Counted from the whole stretch's first letter, positions 11,114 to 23,429 are shown. The stretch is DNA of 59,533 nucleotides, filler included, from Squatina squatina (GCA_031763465.1; 3 parts of 3 records of this genome joined end to end with filler, not necessarily neighbours in it), one strand, 5' to 3'. The notes: generated by a model not told the origin, from the sequence alone. Numbers and translations are program-made.

Positions 11114-12970
11114 GGCCACGATTTTGTTGACCTCGGACCTCGGTGGGTCAGTTGCGGGCAATGTCGGTGCAGGGTCCCGGCCCCTGCTGCTGGCTCCATC
11201 CCACTCTGTGAAATGAATTTCCCCTGATTGGGCTTGTTAAGCCCACCCAGCACATTTCCCAGCCAACTGGAGGAAGCAGATCTGGTGACGTTATTTGAAG
11301 ATGTGTCACAGCTGGTTTCCTTAAAGGGACCATGTCCAAATTTATTTTGACATTTGTGCTGTCAGTGTTCTACAGCATTGAGATGCTGCAAACATTGACA
11401 ATGACTGCACAAAGGCACAGGGCTGCACCCAGATCTTCCATGCTATTGAAGAGAGTCACAACATGCAGGGAGGTTCTCTTCCCTTATCATGGGTGGAAGA
11501 GACTCCCCAGTTGATCAACACAGCCTGGTTGCAGATTGCAGAGGAGAGCACAAGCAGGGATGTGGTCAGAAGGATCTGGGTGCAGTGCTGCAAACGTTTC
11601 AATGATCTCAGTAGAACAGGAAACGTTAGTACAAAGGCACACTCAACCTGATCCTGCNNNNNNNNNNCGTTGCACAGGAGGACACAAACAGGGAAGTCAT
11701 CAGGAGGTCCTGGCTGCAGTGGCACAACCTTTCAATGAAATGTTACTGCAAAGCCAAACTCAACCTCATTCTGCTGTGCCACTCATCACATCCCCATCAC
11801 TCTGCCTTCCCTACCCTATTCCTGTACATCCTTACTCACACCAACTTACCTCTCTATCTACATTATCACATCCCCATCTCACTAGCCACCCCTCATACTC
11901 ACCCTCATCCTAGTCCAATTATACCAACTAGCAACACGCAAGCATAGGCACTTGGGTGCTTTAGCCAACATTTCTTTAAGTTTCTGTTAATCTGTTGTCA
12001 AATGTTGAAATGTTTATTTTCAACACTTTGCGCTCTTGGACAGATTTGTGGTCACCTTTGTAAGTAGCTTAGTGGGTTACAGTGAATGGTGAGACTTAAC
12101 GCTACCCCTGCAATAGTGATGAGTGTGAAAGGAATTGCTTGGGCATTGTCAGGATGCTTTGTGGTGTTGGTGTGGGGTGGTGCCATCCTGGCGCAGCATG
12201 TGGCAGCCCCATCTCACTAAATGGGGCTCACATGTATATCAGCATCAAGAGAAGTAAATCTGGCCATGGTGTGGCCATCCCTGGCCTCGCGGACAGCAAT
12301 GTGGTCAGTTGCTAATGCCCTGTGTCCTGTGCAGCATCAGTTAATTGTGAAGAAGGTTGGTTTTGTTGTTGGTGCTGCTGGTGTTGAGGCTGATTGTGGT
12401 GAGATTCTGAGGACCAAAGTCAGATCGTTTCAAGGGCACCGATGTTAATGTATTAGATGGCAGATAAATTTGTGATGACAGAAGTGATCTGTCAGTGGTG
12501 AGAGTGCTTGCTCCAATGAGGTGACATTGGAAAGAGAGATTGCTTCAAACTCTTGCCACCTCCTTAAAGCTCAATGTGCCTTCCACATGCAGTAAGCATC
12601 AGCTTTTGATCTTAGAAAGTGAACAGCTGTAAGATGGGAACTTTTACAGCACATTTACAGCTGCCAAGTAAAGAAATGAATTCAGGTCACAGAACTCCCG
12701 ATTTCCTTACCTGACGCAAACTGGTAAAATGGTAAGTTCAGCTCAAAATTCTTTTTAATAGGCTCTTAACAAGGTCAAAGTGAGCTGAATTGCCTCCCTC
12801 GCCGCTTCGTGTTGGGTCTAGTCAGCGTTAACAGACATGACATCTGGGAAAGTAGCGTGCTGGTGGGTTGACAGTGGGGTCCTGAACCGCTGTTAATCAT
12901 TTTAAATTTAACAGCTTAACAGCTTACCCGCCACCCATCCCATCCTCTGAGCGCCGGCAAAATTCCGGCC
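11114..12970. mobile_element. Decayed, internally deleted PIF/Harbinger DNA transposon
   Basis: Imperfect terminal inverted repeats GGCCACGATTTTG (11114) / CAAAATTCCGGCC (ends 12970). Frameshifted Myb/SANT-like peptide on + (RAAPR...REVLFP...AWLQIAEE...RRIWVQCCKRFNDL, ~11418-11610). Short peptide resembling a transposase C-terminus on - (HIAVREARDG, ~12270-12305). Confidence 0.7.
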
Positions 12971-13059
12971 TTAGTGCCTCATTCTCAGTAACAGCATTGA
13001 GCCTAGTTCTGTAACAGTGTGATATCTTAATATCCTTCACACAAGAAGTGGAAATCCTA

Positions 13060-13901
13060 TTCATTTTAGGACTTCCGCCCCATGGTTTGGTTTCCAATTT
13101 GCCCAGTAATGACATTCCTTGTGACCGCACAGTGACGTGCTATCTTTCCTTGCCCTTTTTGACCTCTCTGTGGTCTTCAACGTGTTGATTACAGCATCAT
13201 CCTGCATTGGCTCTCCTCCGTGATCTACCCTCTCAGGATTCTACTCCTCCCTGTCACAAGGTGGCCTACACTTCTCTTGCAATAGGTTTCCCTTCCCTGC
13301 TCCATTTGATCACTTTGTACATGCCCAAAAGTTCCAACCTTTGCCTCCTTCTATTCATCATCCACTTGCTGCCTCTTGGCAGTATTATCCATAACCATGA
13401 GGTAGACCTCCAGACGTATTATGGTGACATTCATTTCAACCTTTGTGCCACTCTCTAGACTTCCTGATTGTTACTGTGGTGCCTGACTACTTGTCTGAAA
13501 TCAAGTTGTGGATGAACCAGAACATACTGCAACTTAACATTAGCAAGCGAAAGCCATCCTGTTTCACTCCCACTGGAAACTCTTCACCGCACCCTGGTTG
13601 CAGCCCCAGTCTGGTTGTTTGCACAGACTTAATCTGATGGTGCACAACCTTGGTGTTTGACCCAGAGATAAATTTCAAATTCCATATCCTATCCATCATC
13701 ATAACATTGCCTTCTTAGCTTGCTGAAACTTATTTATGCTTTCATTATCTTCAGACCTGAACCCACTAACATTCGTATCACTACCACCCTGAGTCCATCT
13801 CCACAAACTTCAACACATTCAAAATTCTGCTGCCCACATCCTATGCCTACTACATCCTGTACATCTATTCACCCTGTCCTCTCTAACCTTCGCTGGCCCC
13901 C
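13060..13901 (+). mobile_element. L2 LINE ORF2 (reverse transcriptase) fragment, degenerate
   Basis: Interrupted peptides NDIPCD...LFDLS...DYSIIL, YYGDI (degenerate YADD), LSEIKLWMNQNILQLNISK; homologous to the L2 at 37015-38431. Confidence 0.8.
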
Positions 13902-14289
13902 NNNNNNNNNNNNNNNNNNNNNNNNNNNNNNNNNNNNNNNNNNNNNNNNNNNNNNNNNNNNNGTTTTTTACCTATATCGTTGGTGCCAATGTGCACCACG
14001 ACAGCTGGCTGTTCACCCTCCCCCTAATTTTATATTATATATTAATTATATATTAATTTTATATTATTTTATTGATCAACGTGTCTGTAGCCTGCATTTT
14101 GATCAAGTTTAAAACTTTCAAGCCTGACATAAAATCTAGGAGAATCACAAAAGTAAAGTAATTCTCCTGTTCCTCTGCTCCTTATCATAGTGACTGGAAC
14201 TAATGCTTCACTATTTGGTCTTTGCTGAATCTTTTAGATAAAATGGTGCTAGGGATACTACAATTCAGTGGTTTAAGCATTCTGCAGTA

Positions 14290-14525
14290 CAGAGAGGAAA
14301 ACGGGGAAATCAGCCAGTGCTCTGGCTCCTGATCACTATCCACCTGTGTGAGAATACAGGCTCAGCTGTGATAGGCCCCATAGTTGAATAAACCACTAAA
14401 ACGTGGTGTCATGGTTCACACAAGAAAAATAACCACTTGGGCAAGGTCCAGAGGCCAGCATACGACCAACTATTGAACCATAGCCTCAGCATGAATCACC
14501 ATCTTTAAAAGAGGAGAAATAAGGG
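14290..14525 (+). mobile_element. AmnSINE2-like SINE, 3' part
   Basis: GGGGAAATCAGCCAGTGCTCTGGCTCCTGATCACTATCCA...CCACTTGGGCAAGGT...AGGAGAAAT; matches other copies in the window. Confidence 0.55.
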
Positions 14526-16609
14526 GATGTAGGGTAATTGTCCAGAATAGAACTTTCTTGAATTGCATGTCATAATGGGTGTGAAGATGATCCATAATAG
14601 CTGCTTGTAGTTGCTTAAATGATAAAATATTCTATAGATTAGTCAATTAATTCAGTCAATCATACCAACATATTTCATCTGTGCATAAAGCAAGAGACAA
14701 GATTATTCTTTTTTGTCAAACGAGTTCACTCTTAACAACATATTTACATGTGTGGCTTTACGACTCCCATTAAGAAGAGAAGGACATAATGAACCTTACA
14801 ACAATATAATTATCAAAAACATGCACTGCATTTTTCATAATTTAGAAATGACATCAATCATCCTGAAACCATGAAAAATGGTTTGACAATTACCTTGACA
14901 TTTTCATGTCCCAGACCTCAAAATGACACAATGATATTGAGAAAAATGTGGCTCCAANNNNNNNNNNNNNNNNNNNNNNNNNNNNNNNNNNNNNNNNNNN
15001 NNNNNNNNNNNNNNNNNNNNNNNNNNNNNNNNNNNNNNNNNNNNNNNNNNNNNNNNNCCCACGTACAGTGTCTGGTGTAAATCGCAACACAAAGGGCTTT
15101 ACCACTTGTCAGAATCATCTGCAGTTAAATTTTTCTTAGTGCTCAATCAATTCACCAGATCAGAGAAATATCATTCTGAAGAATCTCATTGAACTATAGT
15201 TGACAGGGTGAGCACTAGGTCACTTGGCTTGTAAATCAAAGGCAGCGATGGCTTGCAACAGCAAGAAGAAAGGATAAGAGATTAGTGCAGGCAGCTTTAC
15301 CATTGGTAATTCTTTACTTCTCGTTTTTCAGTACTCCTCATATAGGATTTTCTTCTCTAAAGAATAACGTTAGGTTAATTAAAAGTGAGTTTTAACACCA
15401 AGGTGAAGGTATTTAACTCAATTATCTGTAAAAATATGTGACCTGCAATTTAAAACCTGAATGCGTTTATTTCAGACTGAAGTAGAGATTAAGACAGTGC
15501 CTTAGGTTACCAGAAGAATGTTTGTTTGGTTTATATGTAATAAATGCTAAAGAATCTCAAGAAATAAAAACATCTTTTGGTGTAGTCTACAACCTTAGAT
15601 AGGTTGCTGGTTCAGTAATGTGGAAACAAAGAAAGTTACTTACACTGGGCGAGATATTGGCCTGCGTCACAACCGATTTCTGGGCGCTAAATAATTGTTC
15701 GGAAGACAGTATTCCACCCCCAGAAGTGCACTGGCTGCCTCATTGGAAGCTGGAGACAGTCCACCTGAAACAGGTGTTAAATCCCATGAATATGCTCATC
15801 AGGGACCAATGCCCATTTTAGGACCCACTCCCAAATTCACCACAAATTGGGCAGCGTATGTGTTGCAACCTAAATCACGTGCCTTAAAAGGACAGCTGGA
15901 GGCCGCCGAAGAACCTTTCCTGTTTCCTCACAAGCAATTCTTGTCACCTCTCTGAGTGAAATTGCCAGGTAAGTGTCAATTAGTGCTGTATTAGAAACAA
16001 CTTGTAACTCGATACCCATATGAATGAGGCCAAGTTTGTTATTTAAGTTTAGATCCTGATAGTCAGCAAAGTAAGGGGACTTTTATGTCACAAGTTGCTG
16101 AGGGGTACGAACAGTTTATTATGCACTGCCTGACTCAGTTCCACCAATTATTTCCTGCAGGTGGTTCACTGAAGCCCAATATAATTGATTCATTTCCAGA
16201 GAGAAAGAGCCAGCAACTCTGATGGAGTAGTTGAGCACCCTTCCAGATCAAGCTGCTGACTATTCTACATAGTAATCTGAGTAAAGAGGAGAGATGCCAG
16301 TCTACTACATCAATCACTTCCTCTTATGTTTAATTGCAGTCTTGAAGACCTGCCAAGGGGTTGTGCACTGATAGCCCAGAATGTAGGTTTAGACGTTTAC
16401 TGCAGTCACGCTGCAGCTTAAATGTGACAGCAGCTGAGCCATCGTTGCCCTGCAGGAGATTTACCGAAGCAGTATATCACAGGTAAAAATATTGCACACC
16501 TTAGTGATACTGACAAATAGAGGCTTCTCACCATTCAAAAAGCAGGGTTTTCTCTCAATATCATGGCCACAATTCATACCTCAATATGGCCAGAGTTCAT
16601 AACTCAACA

Positions 16610-16778
16610 CTACCAAAAGATTAATTTGTCATTCACCTCATTGCTGTTTGTGGGACCTTACTATGCATAAATTGCCTGTCACATTTTCCTTCCAAACAAC
16701 GCTTTAAAAGTAATTAATTGGTTATGAGGTGCATTGAGACAGAGAATGTGAAAAGTACTATATAAATTCAAGTCGTTC
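16610..16778 (+). mobile_element. DeuSINE (SacSINE1-like) 3' tail fragment
   Basis: CATTGCTGTTTGTGGGACCTT...TGTGAAAAGTACTATATAAATTCAAGTC; matches the tail of 26609-27022. Confidence 0.65.
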
Positions 16779-16948
16779 TGTGGTCACACTTTCAGGTATG
16801 AAGCCTTTGAATGGTTTGGTGTGGCAATGCATGCAAAACACAAAAACCNNNNNNNNNNNNNNNNNNNNNNNNNNNNNNNNNNNNNNNNNNNNNNNNNNNN
16901 NNNNNNNNNNNNNNNNNNNNNNNNNNNNNNNNNNNNNNNNNNNNNNNN

Positions 16949-17278
16949 GTTTCCCCCTGGCTGGGAAGTCTAGAACCAGGGAACTGAGGCTCAGAATAAG
17001 AGGTCGGCCATTTAGGACTGAGAGATGAAGAGAAATCTCTTCACTCAGAGGGTGGTGAATCTTTGGAATTCTCTACCCCAGAGGGCTGTGGTCTCAGTCA
17101 TTGAGCACATTCAAAACAGAGATTGATAGATTTCTAGATATTAAGGACATCAAGGGATATGGAGATAGTGCAGGAAAATGGTGTTGAGGTAGAAGATCAG
17201 CCACGATCTACTAGAATGGCGGAGCAGGCTCGAGGGGCCGAATGGCCTATCCTGCTCCTATTTCTTATGTTCTTATGT
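16949..17278 (+). mobile_element. CR1 LINE 3' end
   Basis: ORF2 C-terminus FPLAGKSRTR...RIRGRPFRTE..RNLFTQRVVNLWNSLPQRAV, then 3' UTR ending TTTCTTATGTTCTTATGT. Confidence 0.9.
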
Positions 17279-18149
17279 ACCATGGCTACTGGTTGAACAG
17301 TTGAACCAATTAAGAGAAAACAGGCTCAATGCAGAGGACTTTCTAAGAACACTAATTGACAACAACTGCTCCATAAATCCCGTTGTTCCTCCCCAATATT
17401 TATTTTGATGAGCATGTATTAATTTTACAAACACTGCCTATACAGTTGAATACAAACCTAAGTAAAAGGTTTCAACCAGTAAAAGGGTTAAGCTTATGAC
17501 AGTGTTAACTTTTTCCCAGATCTGCTGTTAAAAAACTATTTTCTGCCACTGACATCAATGACAAATTGTGCAGAATTACATCAATTGTATCAGAGCCAGT
17601 GAGATTACTCAGTGGTGTCACCATACACGTCCAAAACCACTTGACATTACAGAAAGTAGCAGGAATTGACATGACATGGAAGAAAGCCAAAACAGCAAAT
17701 ACAATGAATAGAACATTTGTTATCAAAGTAAACTGATTACTCTCTGATGATAGAAGTTGATTAGGAGATTACTTCCTCTGAGAATGGTCAAAAGAAACAA
17801 TTGGGGCCTTCCCACAGATGCAGGCCTCTGACTGGAAAGATCTTTACAAATGTACCTGGTGGTCCGGTAGGTTCACGGCCTTGCGTTCCTGGGTCTCTGT
17901 GCAAATGTCAGTGTAGAGACCTCGGTATCCTAGCAGTTTGCTAGGATCACGTGGGAGGCCCCAGCCAATCAAGGTAGAGGTCTCCTCATTCATACTTCTG
18001 CTGATCTACAAATATACAGACATCAGTAGAGGTATGAATGGAAATACAAAAAAACACCTCAAGCACTTCGCAATAACCTTTAAAAACAGCCCAAATATTA
18101 AAATTAATTACAATGCTATGGGCACGCAATTGGCAGTTCCTGCTCACCT

Positions 18150-18600
18150 GGGGAGTGCCTCTGGGTCTGGGAGGGGCTCACCGGTTGCTGAGGCCTTTGC
18201 GGGAGCTGACGATGCTCCAGCCGGCTGCTGCGGGATTCGGGTGCCGGGTGGCGGCGGTGCTTACAAGCCGCGCCCCGCTCCCGGCCTCAGGTGCTGTGTA
18301 CAGAGGCGCACGCTATGCGCTGCGCTCCTGAGCGACCCGGCAGTGGAATTGGGCCAAGAACCCTGCCACAGCGCCAGGCGCTGACATAGCCTGGAGCAGG
18401 GGCCGCATGCGGGGCGCCAATTAATGGTGCGCTGTGTGGCCGCCTACTAAATGATGATTGTAGAGTAATAATCATTATGAACGAAATGTGGCTAAGTGTC
18501 GCGATCGCACAGTCTGCGTGAGCGCTGGGCAGATCGCGTGGCACTCGCACTCCACGGGGCTCGTATATGTTTATTTTGTTGTGCAGAGCTCACAGCGGGG
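18150..18600. promoter_or_regulatory. GC/CpG-rich patch (CpG-island-like; may be partly MITE-derived)
   Basis: Dense CpG (GCCGCGCCCCGCTCCCGG, GCGCACGCTATGCGCTGCGC, CCGCATGCGG, GTCGCGATCGC) against an AT-rich, CpG-poor background; no linked exon seen. Confidence 0.35.
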
Positions 18601-18700
18601 NNNNNNNNNNNNNNNNNNNNNNNNNNNNNNNNNNNNNNNNNNNNNNNNNNNNNNNNNNNNNNNNNNNNNNNNNNNNNNNNNNNNNNNNNNNNNNNNNNNN

Positions 18701-18882
18701 AGGGTAGCCCGCACAATGGTGAAGAGTGTGAAGGGAACAGCGTGGGCATTGCAGGGTTGCTTTGTGGTGTTGGTGGGTTGTGTTGCCAACCTGGAGCATC
18801 ATGTAGCAGCCAGGGTGTACAGCGTCCAGTGAAGCTAATGTGGCCGTGGTGAGGCCACCCCTGGCAGCATTCCAGCATCGGC
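18701..18882. mobile_element. Second copy of the Harbinger internal segment
   Basis: GAGTGTGAAGGGAACAGCGTGGGCATTGCAGGGTTGCTTTGTGGTGTTGGTG...TGGCCGTGGTGAGGCCACCCCTGGC aligns by eye with 12120-12290. Confidence 0.7.
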
Positions 18883-18889
18883 AGTATTT

Positions 18890-19025
18890 TTCTTTTTTTC
18901 TTTCCTTCCTTCCACCCTATTAACATATCCTTCTATTTATTTCTCCCTCATGTATTTATCTAGCTTCCCCTTAAATGCATTCATGCTAATCATCTTAATA
19001 ACTCCATGTGATCACGAGTTCTTTT
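18890..19025 (-). mobile_element. CR1 LINE 3' fragment (second subfamily)
   Basis: CCCTATTAACATATCCTTCTATT...TCTAGCTTCCCCTTAAATGCAT is the reverse complement of sequence in 25110-25369. Confidence 0.7.
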
Positions 19026-21652
19026 GAGGAAAACGGACAATTAAAGGGAAATGTCACACGGGGACACAAAAGCCTTTAGGAATGCTCAGAAGGCATCTAG
19101 ATTTATTAGTAAACTTTGTCCAAGAGGAGGGTACTAAGACATGATAGGCCAGCATGAAGGGAAAGGGAACACAAAATACAGACTAGTAACTGTACAGCGC
19201 AGCATATGACCCCTTGTTTGATGGCTGCAGAAGTGAGGTGCTTGCACGTAGAGTGGCCCTGCGTGCTACTTTACGCCACCACCCCCATCGGTCAGCACTG
19301 CAGCATTCCTGCAAAACGATGCAGGCAAGTTTCAGGCCACAGTTGATTGTTACTGTCCCTGAGTATGTCCAAGTACGAGACTGCACTGCAGCATCGCTGA
19401 TAACTGTCATTTGCTCAACCTTAAGGCCAGCATAGGTATCAGTAAGGAGCCCTGTTTCTATTACAATTGTTTGCTGTGCAAAGCCTTTGAAAGATGTGTG
19501 TGTCGCAGAAATTTAATGTTGTATCATGACTGTGTGCCCTGCTGAAGTATGATATATAATAAATGAGCTGTAAGATTGTGTTGTGTCAGGGCTTGCTATA
19601 GAAGAGCAGTAAATGTGTAACACGTAACACTTTATAGAATGCAATATTGGGTCAGCTGTCTGGAACATGGCACTGTCAGATAGTCCTATCTTGTTGTATG
19701 ACTTTTTCTCCTGCATTTGTTCTAAGGTCCTGCAATTACTGTATCCAACAATGAGCGTGGCCATTGCCTCTTGCCAGTGATGATGCATTGCTATCTTGAT
19801 GAAAGGGCGGACTCAATTGGCAAACAGGGAACATCCCCTTTGCACCCACCTCATTTTCCAACCATCAAATAAGAGTTCCAGTGCAACTCTGGCAATTACC
19901 CACCGATTCTGTTTCTAAATTCTCTTCCTTTNNNNNNNNNNNNNNNNNNNNNNNNNNNNNNNNNNNNNNNNNNNNNNNNNNNNNNNNNNNNNNNNNNNNN
20001 NNNNNNNNNNNNNNNNNNNNNNNNNNNNNNNTTTGAATAGTGTATCTTTAAGTGTACAATTATAGAAGTAAAGACAAGGTAGAAATTGGTACACATTTTA
20101 AGTAAATGTTTTCCAAGCTCAATTAGTTTGATGCTCTAATTATATGAAGATCTGCTTGATCTTGCCTCTCACCTGCACATCTGGCTGATCCAATTCTATC
20201 AGATCTGGTAGAGGTGACGTTTCTCCACCGTTTAAGGGCAGACTAATGGTATTACAATCCAGACTTCCAATCTAGGTCAAAACAGAGTCCATCCCTCTCA
20301 CATGTTTTGTTAAAAATAGGATTCTGTCAAAGGAGCAGGCATATATTTTCTGCATTTTTTTAACATTGGTGAATCAGATTATGGTATTAAAAAAATAATA
20401 ATGCTTATTGTGTTGGAAAATTTTAGTATATAATCATTGTCATTGTGTTTGCAAAAATACCAGTAAATTTGCTGCTAAATAAAATATACTGATATAAAGA
20501 ATATCGTTATTAAACACAAGATTATAGTTTTTTTTACAATTTTTTAGATGTTGCCCATTAATCACAACCAAAGTTAAATTGCATCTGAAGTCAGTGGAGT
20601 TTTATTCCACTTTCAATAATTTTGATGAATGTTTTCAGAATTAGATTTTCTTTGAATTACAAAGAAAGTGTTAATTTGTAACAGTATCTAACTTGGGTTG
20701 TTTGTAAAGAGAAACAAAATAGAGTTGAACAGTTCCTTTATTACTTTATTAATACACAAACAGTATAGCAGTGGACATGGGGGGATTTTCAACTTTATCC
20801 CAGAATGGGCGCAAAGTGTGTGAGGCATCCACAGCATTTGCCCAATGAGGTGGCCGAGAGGCATGAACCCTTTTCAGGTTTGGGGCTGATTTTCATGTAA
20901 TGAGTGAGCTGTCAGCGCTGGTGCCAGAAAGCCGGCTGTGCTGGACTGCCTTGGCCATAGCTGAGGTTCTGCTGTCTGTAACCGAGGCCTCTTGGGTCCG
21001 AGCTCCTTGAGGTCATNNNNNNNNNNNNNNNNNNNNNNNNNNNNNNNNNNNNNNNNNNNNNNNNNNNNNNNNNNNNNNNNNNNNNNNNNNNNNNNNNNNN
21101 NNNNNNNNNNNNNNNNTAACATCCCAGTTTAGAAGGAACTATACACTCAGCACTTTAATTCTCTGAGGCCCTATTCAGAAATTGCTTTTAATTAATTGTT
21201 CTGTTTTTCTAAGCTTAATTCTTTGTGATAATAAATGTATTAAGCATAATTTACACCCTTTAAGATTAAACAAATCAATGTATGGAGCTGCAAAACAAAT
21301 CACTAGAAAATTGACATAATTTTTCACTAATACTCAGCCAATTAAAGATTACAGGTACTTTTTCTATCAGCTTCCGTGGATACATTATGACGCAGTTCAG
21401 TTTCATAAGAATTATTCTCCTTATTATCAAAAGCTTCAGCACATAAAACCTGGGGACGACATAAATCAAGAAAAGTTGGTACATTCAGTTAAAATAAAAT
21501 TGCTTTTTGGAGATTATACATTCGTTAGCGATTTTTCTTTAATGAATAAATTATTCCATTATAAAAGAACCTGCTTCTACTCAGATATAACTGCATATAT
21601 ATGTTATAAAAATTAAATCCAGCAGCTGAATTCTCTTAAAATATAAGTTGAA

Positions 21653-21752
21653 NNNNNNNNNNNNNNNNNNNNNNNNNNNNNNNNNNNNNNNNNNNNTTAA
21701 TTAATTAANNNNNNNNNNNNNNNNNNNNNNNNNNNNNNNNNNNNNNNNNNNN
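21653..21752. other. Artificial scaffold linker (44N + TTAATTAATTAA + 44N)
   Basis: Palindromic 12-mer with stop codons in all six frames at 21697-21708, centred in an exactly 100-bp block; identical structure at 39105-39204. Confidence 0.95.
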
Positions 21753-22026
21753 ATCACAACAGTGACTACACTTCAATAATCCATGCATTGAGACATCCCG
21801 AGGATCTGATAATTGGCCCACAATTTCAAGATCCTTACATCTTTATAAATGTAAGTCCCTTCCTTAACTCATCTTCTCTCTTATTCTTGTCAATTTTGGT
21901 AGTGTCTGCCTGATGGACTTTGGCCTTTCACCTATGTGTCTTGATGAAAGAAAACCTAGTGAAGGGAATTTAGATAGGATTGTCTAACTAAATCACTTCT
22001 TTATAGAGAATGATGCAAGCATTGCA

Positions 22027-22345
22027 TCTAGAACCAGGGGACACAGTCTTAGAATAAGAGATAGGCCATTCAGGACTGAGATGAGGTGAAATTTCTTCAC
22101 TCAGAGGGTGGTGGATCTTTGGAATTCTCTACCCCAGAGGGCTGTGGAGGTTCAGTCATTGAATGTATTCAAAACAGAGATCGATAGATTTTTGGATATT
22201 AAGGGAATCAAGGGATTATGGGGATAGTGCAAGAAAATGGCGTTGAGATAGAAGACCAGCCATGATCTTGTTGAATGGCGGAGNNNNNNNNNNCAGGCTC
22301 GAGGGGCCGAAGGGCCTACTCCCACTCCTATTTCTTATGTTATAT
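22027..22345 (+). mobile_element. CR1 LINE 3' end
   Basis: SRTRGHSLRIRDRPFRTEMR*NFFTQRVVDLWNSLPQRAVE plus the same 3' UTR as 16949-17278. Confidence 0.9.
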
Positions 22346-22487
22346 GCATTGATTATCAAACCTTAAAAAAGGACAGCATACTTGCCAGTGGTATTTGGGT
22401 TATCTTCTTTCCAATAACAAGATAGAATTATGAATCTTTACCCTGCAATAACAGCATGATAACAAAACCCTTCTGTATGTTTTTCAG

Positions 22488-22789
22488 TGATAATCATGTG
22501 TATGCACTCAGTTCTTATTGGAGGTGGTGAACAGAAACACCTTTTGGAAGTTGCCCATGACCTGCAGATGACTGATGGCAGCTACGTGTTTATACCATAC
22601 GATGCTCTTCTTTACAGTCTCCCATATCAAAACACTCCCTACCCAGTGCTGGTGAACAACTCCAAGCTGCAGAAAGCATATGATTCAGTGCTGACAATCA
22701 CTGTGGATTCTGTGAAAATGTCATTCCACCAGGCATTTCAGGAACACGTACAGAGCCGGGAAATTATAACTCACTTGAAGCCGGAGCAG
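22488..22789 (+). CDS. GUCY2F: Retinal-type membrane guanylyl cyclase, extracellular-domain exon
   Basis: Acceptor ttttcag| and donor CAG|gtaccc. Peptide IIMCMHSVLIGGGEQKHLLEVAHDLQMTDGSYVFIPYDALLYSLPY...AYDSVLTITV is closest to remembered GC-F; GC-D/GC-E not formally excluded. Confidence 0.85.
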
Positions 22790-22833
22790 GTACCCCTTTT
22801 ATTATTTACTGTTTTCTTATTGNNNNNNNNNNA

Positions 22834-23170
22834 TCTCCCCACTTCTGCCGAAGACAGTGATTGTGTGCTGGAGTACAATTCCTTCCGATTCCTTGTCCTA
22901 GTGGCCATTTTTCATGGACGAGCTGGGCAGTGCATGTTGGCAAACCGTTTGACCATCACAGTCAAGGCCACAGCTTAACACCCATGCATTCTTTCTTGGC
23001 AGCAGTGATCATTGGGTAATGACCATTCGGAGGAATGTTGGCCATTTTATTTCTCTTTCTTAGTCCGAAGGTGCTAAGGTGAATTGTAGCATCCCTTGCT
23101 GCTCCAGCAGAGATCAGCACCAGAGGTCGTTTTGGCCTATATGGCTCAGTAACCACACATCACATGGTGC
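22834..23170 (-). mobile_element. AmnSINE2-like SINE, degenerate
   Basis: GTGGCCATTTTTCATG...GTTGGCAAACCGTTTGACC...GAGATCAGC...CCTATATGGCTCAGTAACCACA, antisense to the + copies. Confidence 0.55.
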
Positions 23171-23429
23171 ATTTATCNNNNNNNNNNNNNNNNNNNNNNN
23201 NNNNNNNNNNNNNNNNNNNNNNNNNNNNNNNNNNNNNNNNNNNNNNNNNNNNNNNNNNNNNNNNNNNNNNNNNNNNNCTACAGCACAAGTTGCGCCCAGG
23301 CACTCTAGTACACTAAATACAAACAGTCATAAGATCGCAGGAAAAGGAAACATTCCTAAGGCCTGCTTGTGAATAACAGCATAACAGGTGTAGCTGGGCA
23401 CAAAATTTACCCCGTACTTGGGGTAGAGT

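Noticed and set aside
17938-18384. 148-aa ORF as a gene
   Set aside because: Overlapping ORFs in several frames reflect high GC; no recognisable domain or splice structure.
18451-18521. C/D-box snoRNA starting at ATGATGA
   Set aside because: No CTGA D box at a suitable distance, no terminal stem and no host intron evident.
21697-21708. TTAATTAATTAA as a homeodomain site or piggyBac TTAA footprint
   Set aside because: It sits alone between exactly 44 Ns on each side, twice; it is an artificial linker.
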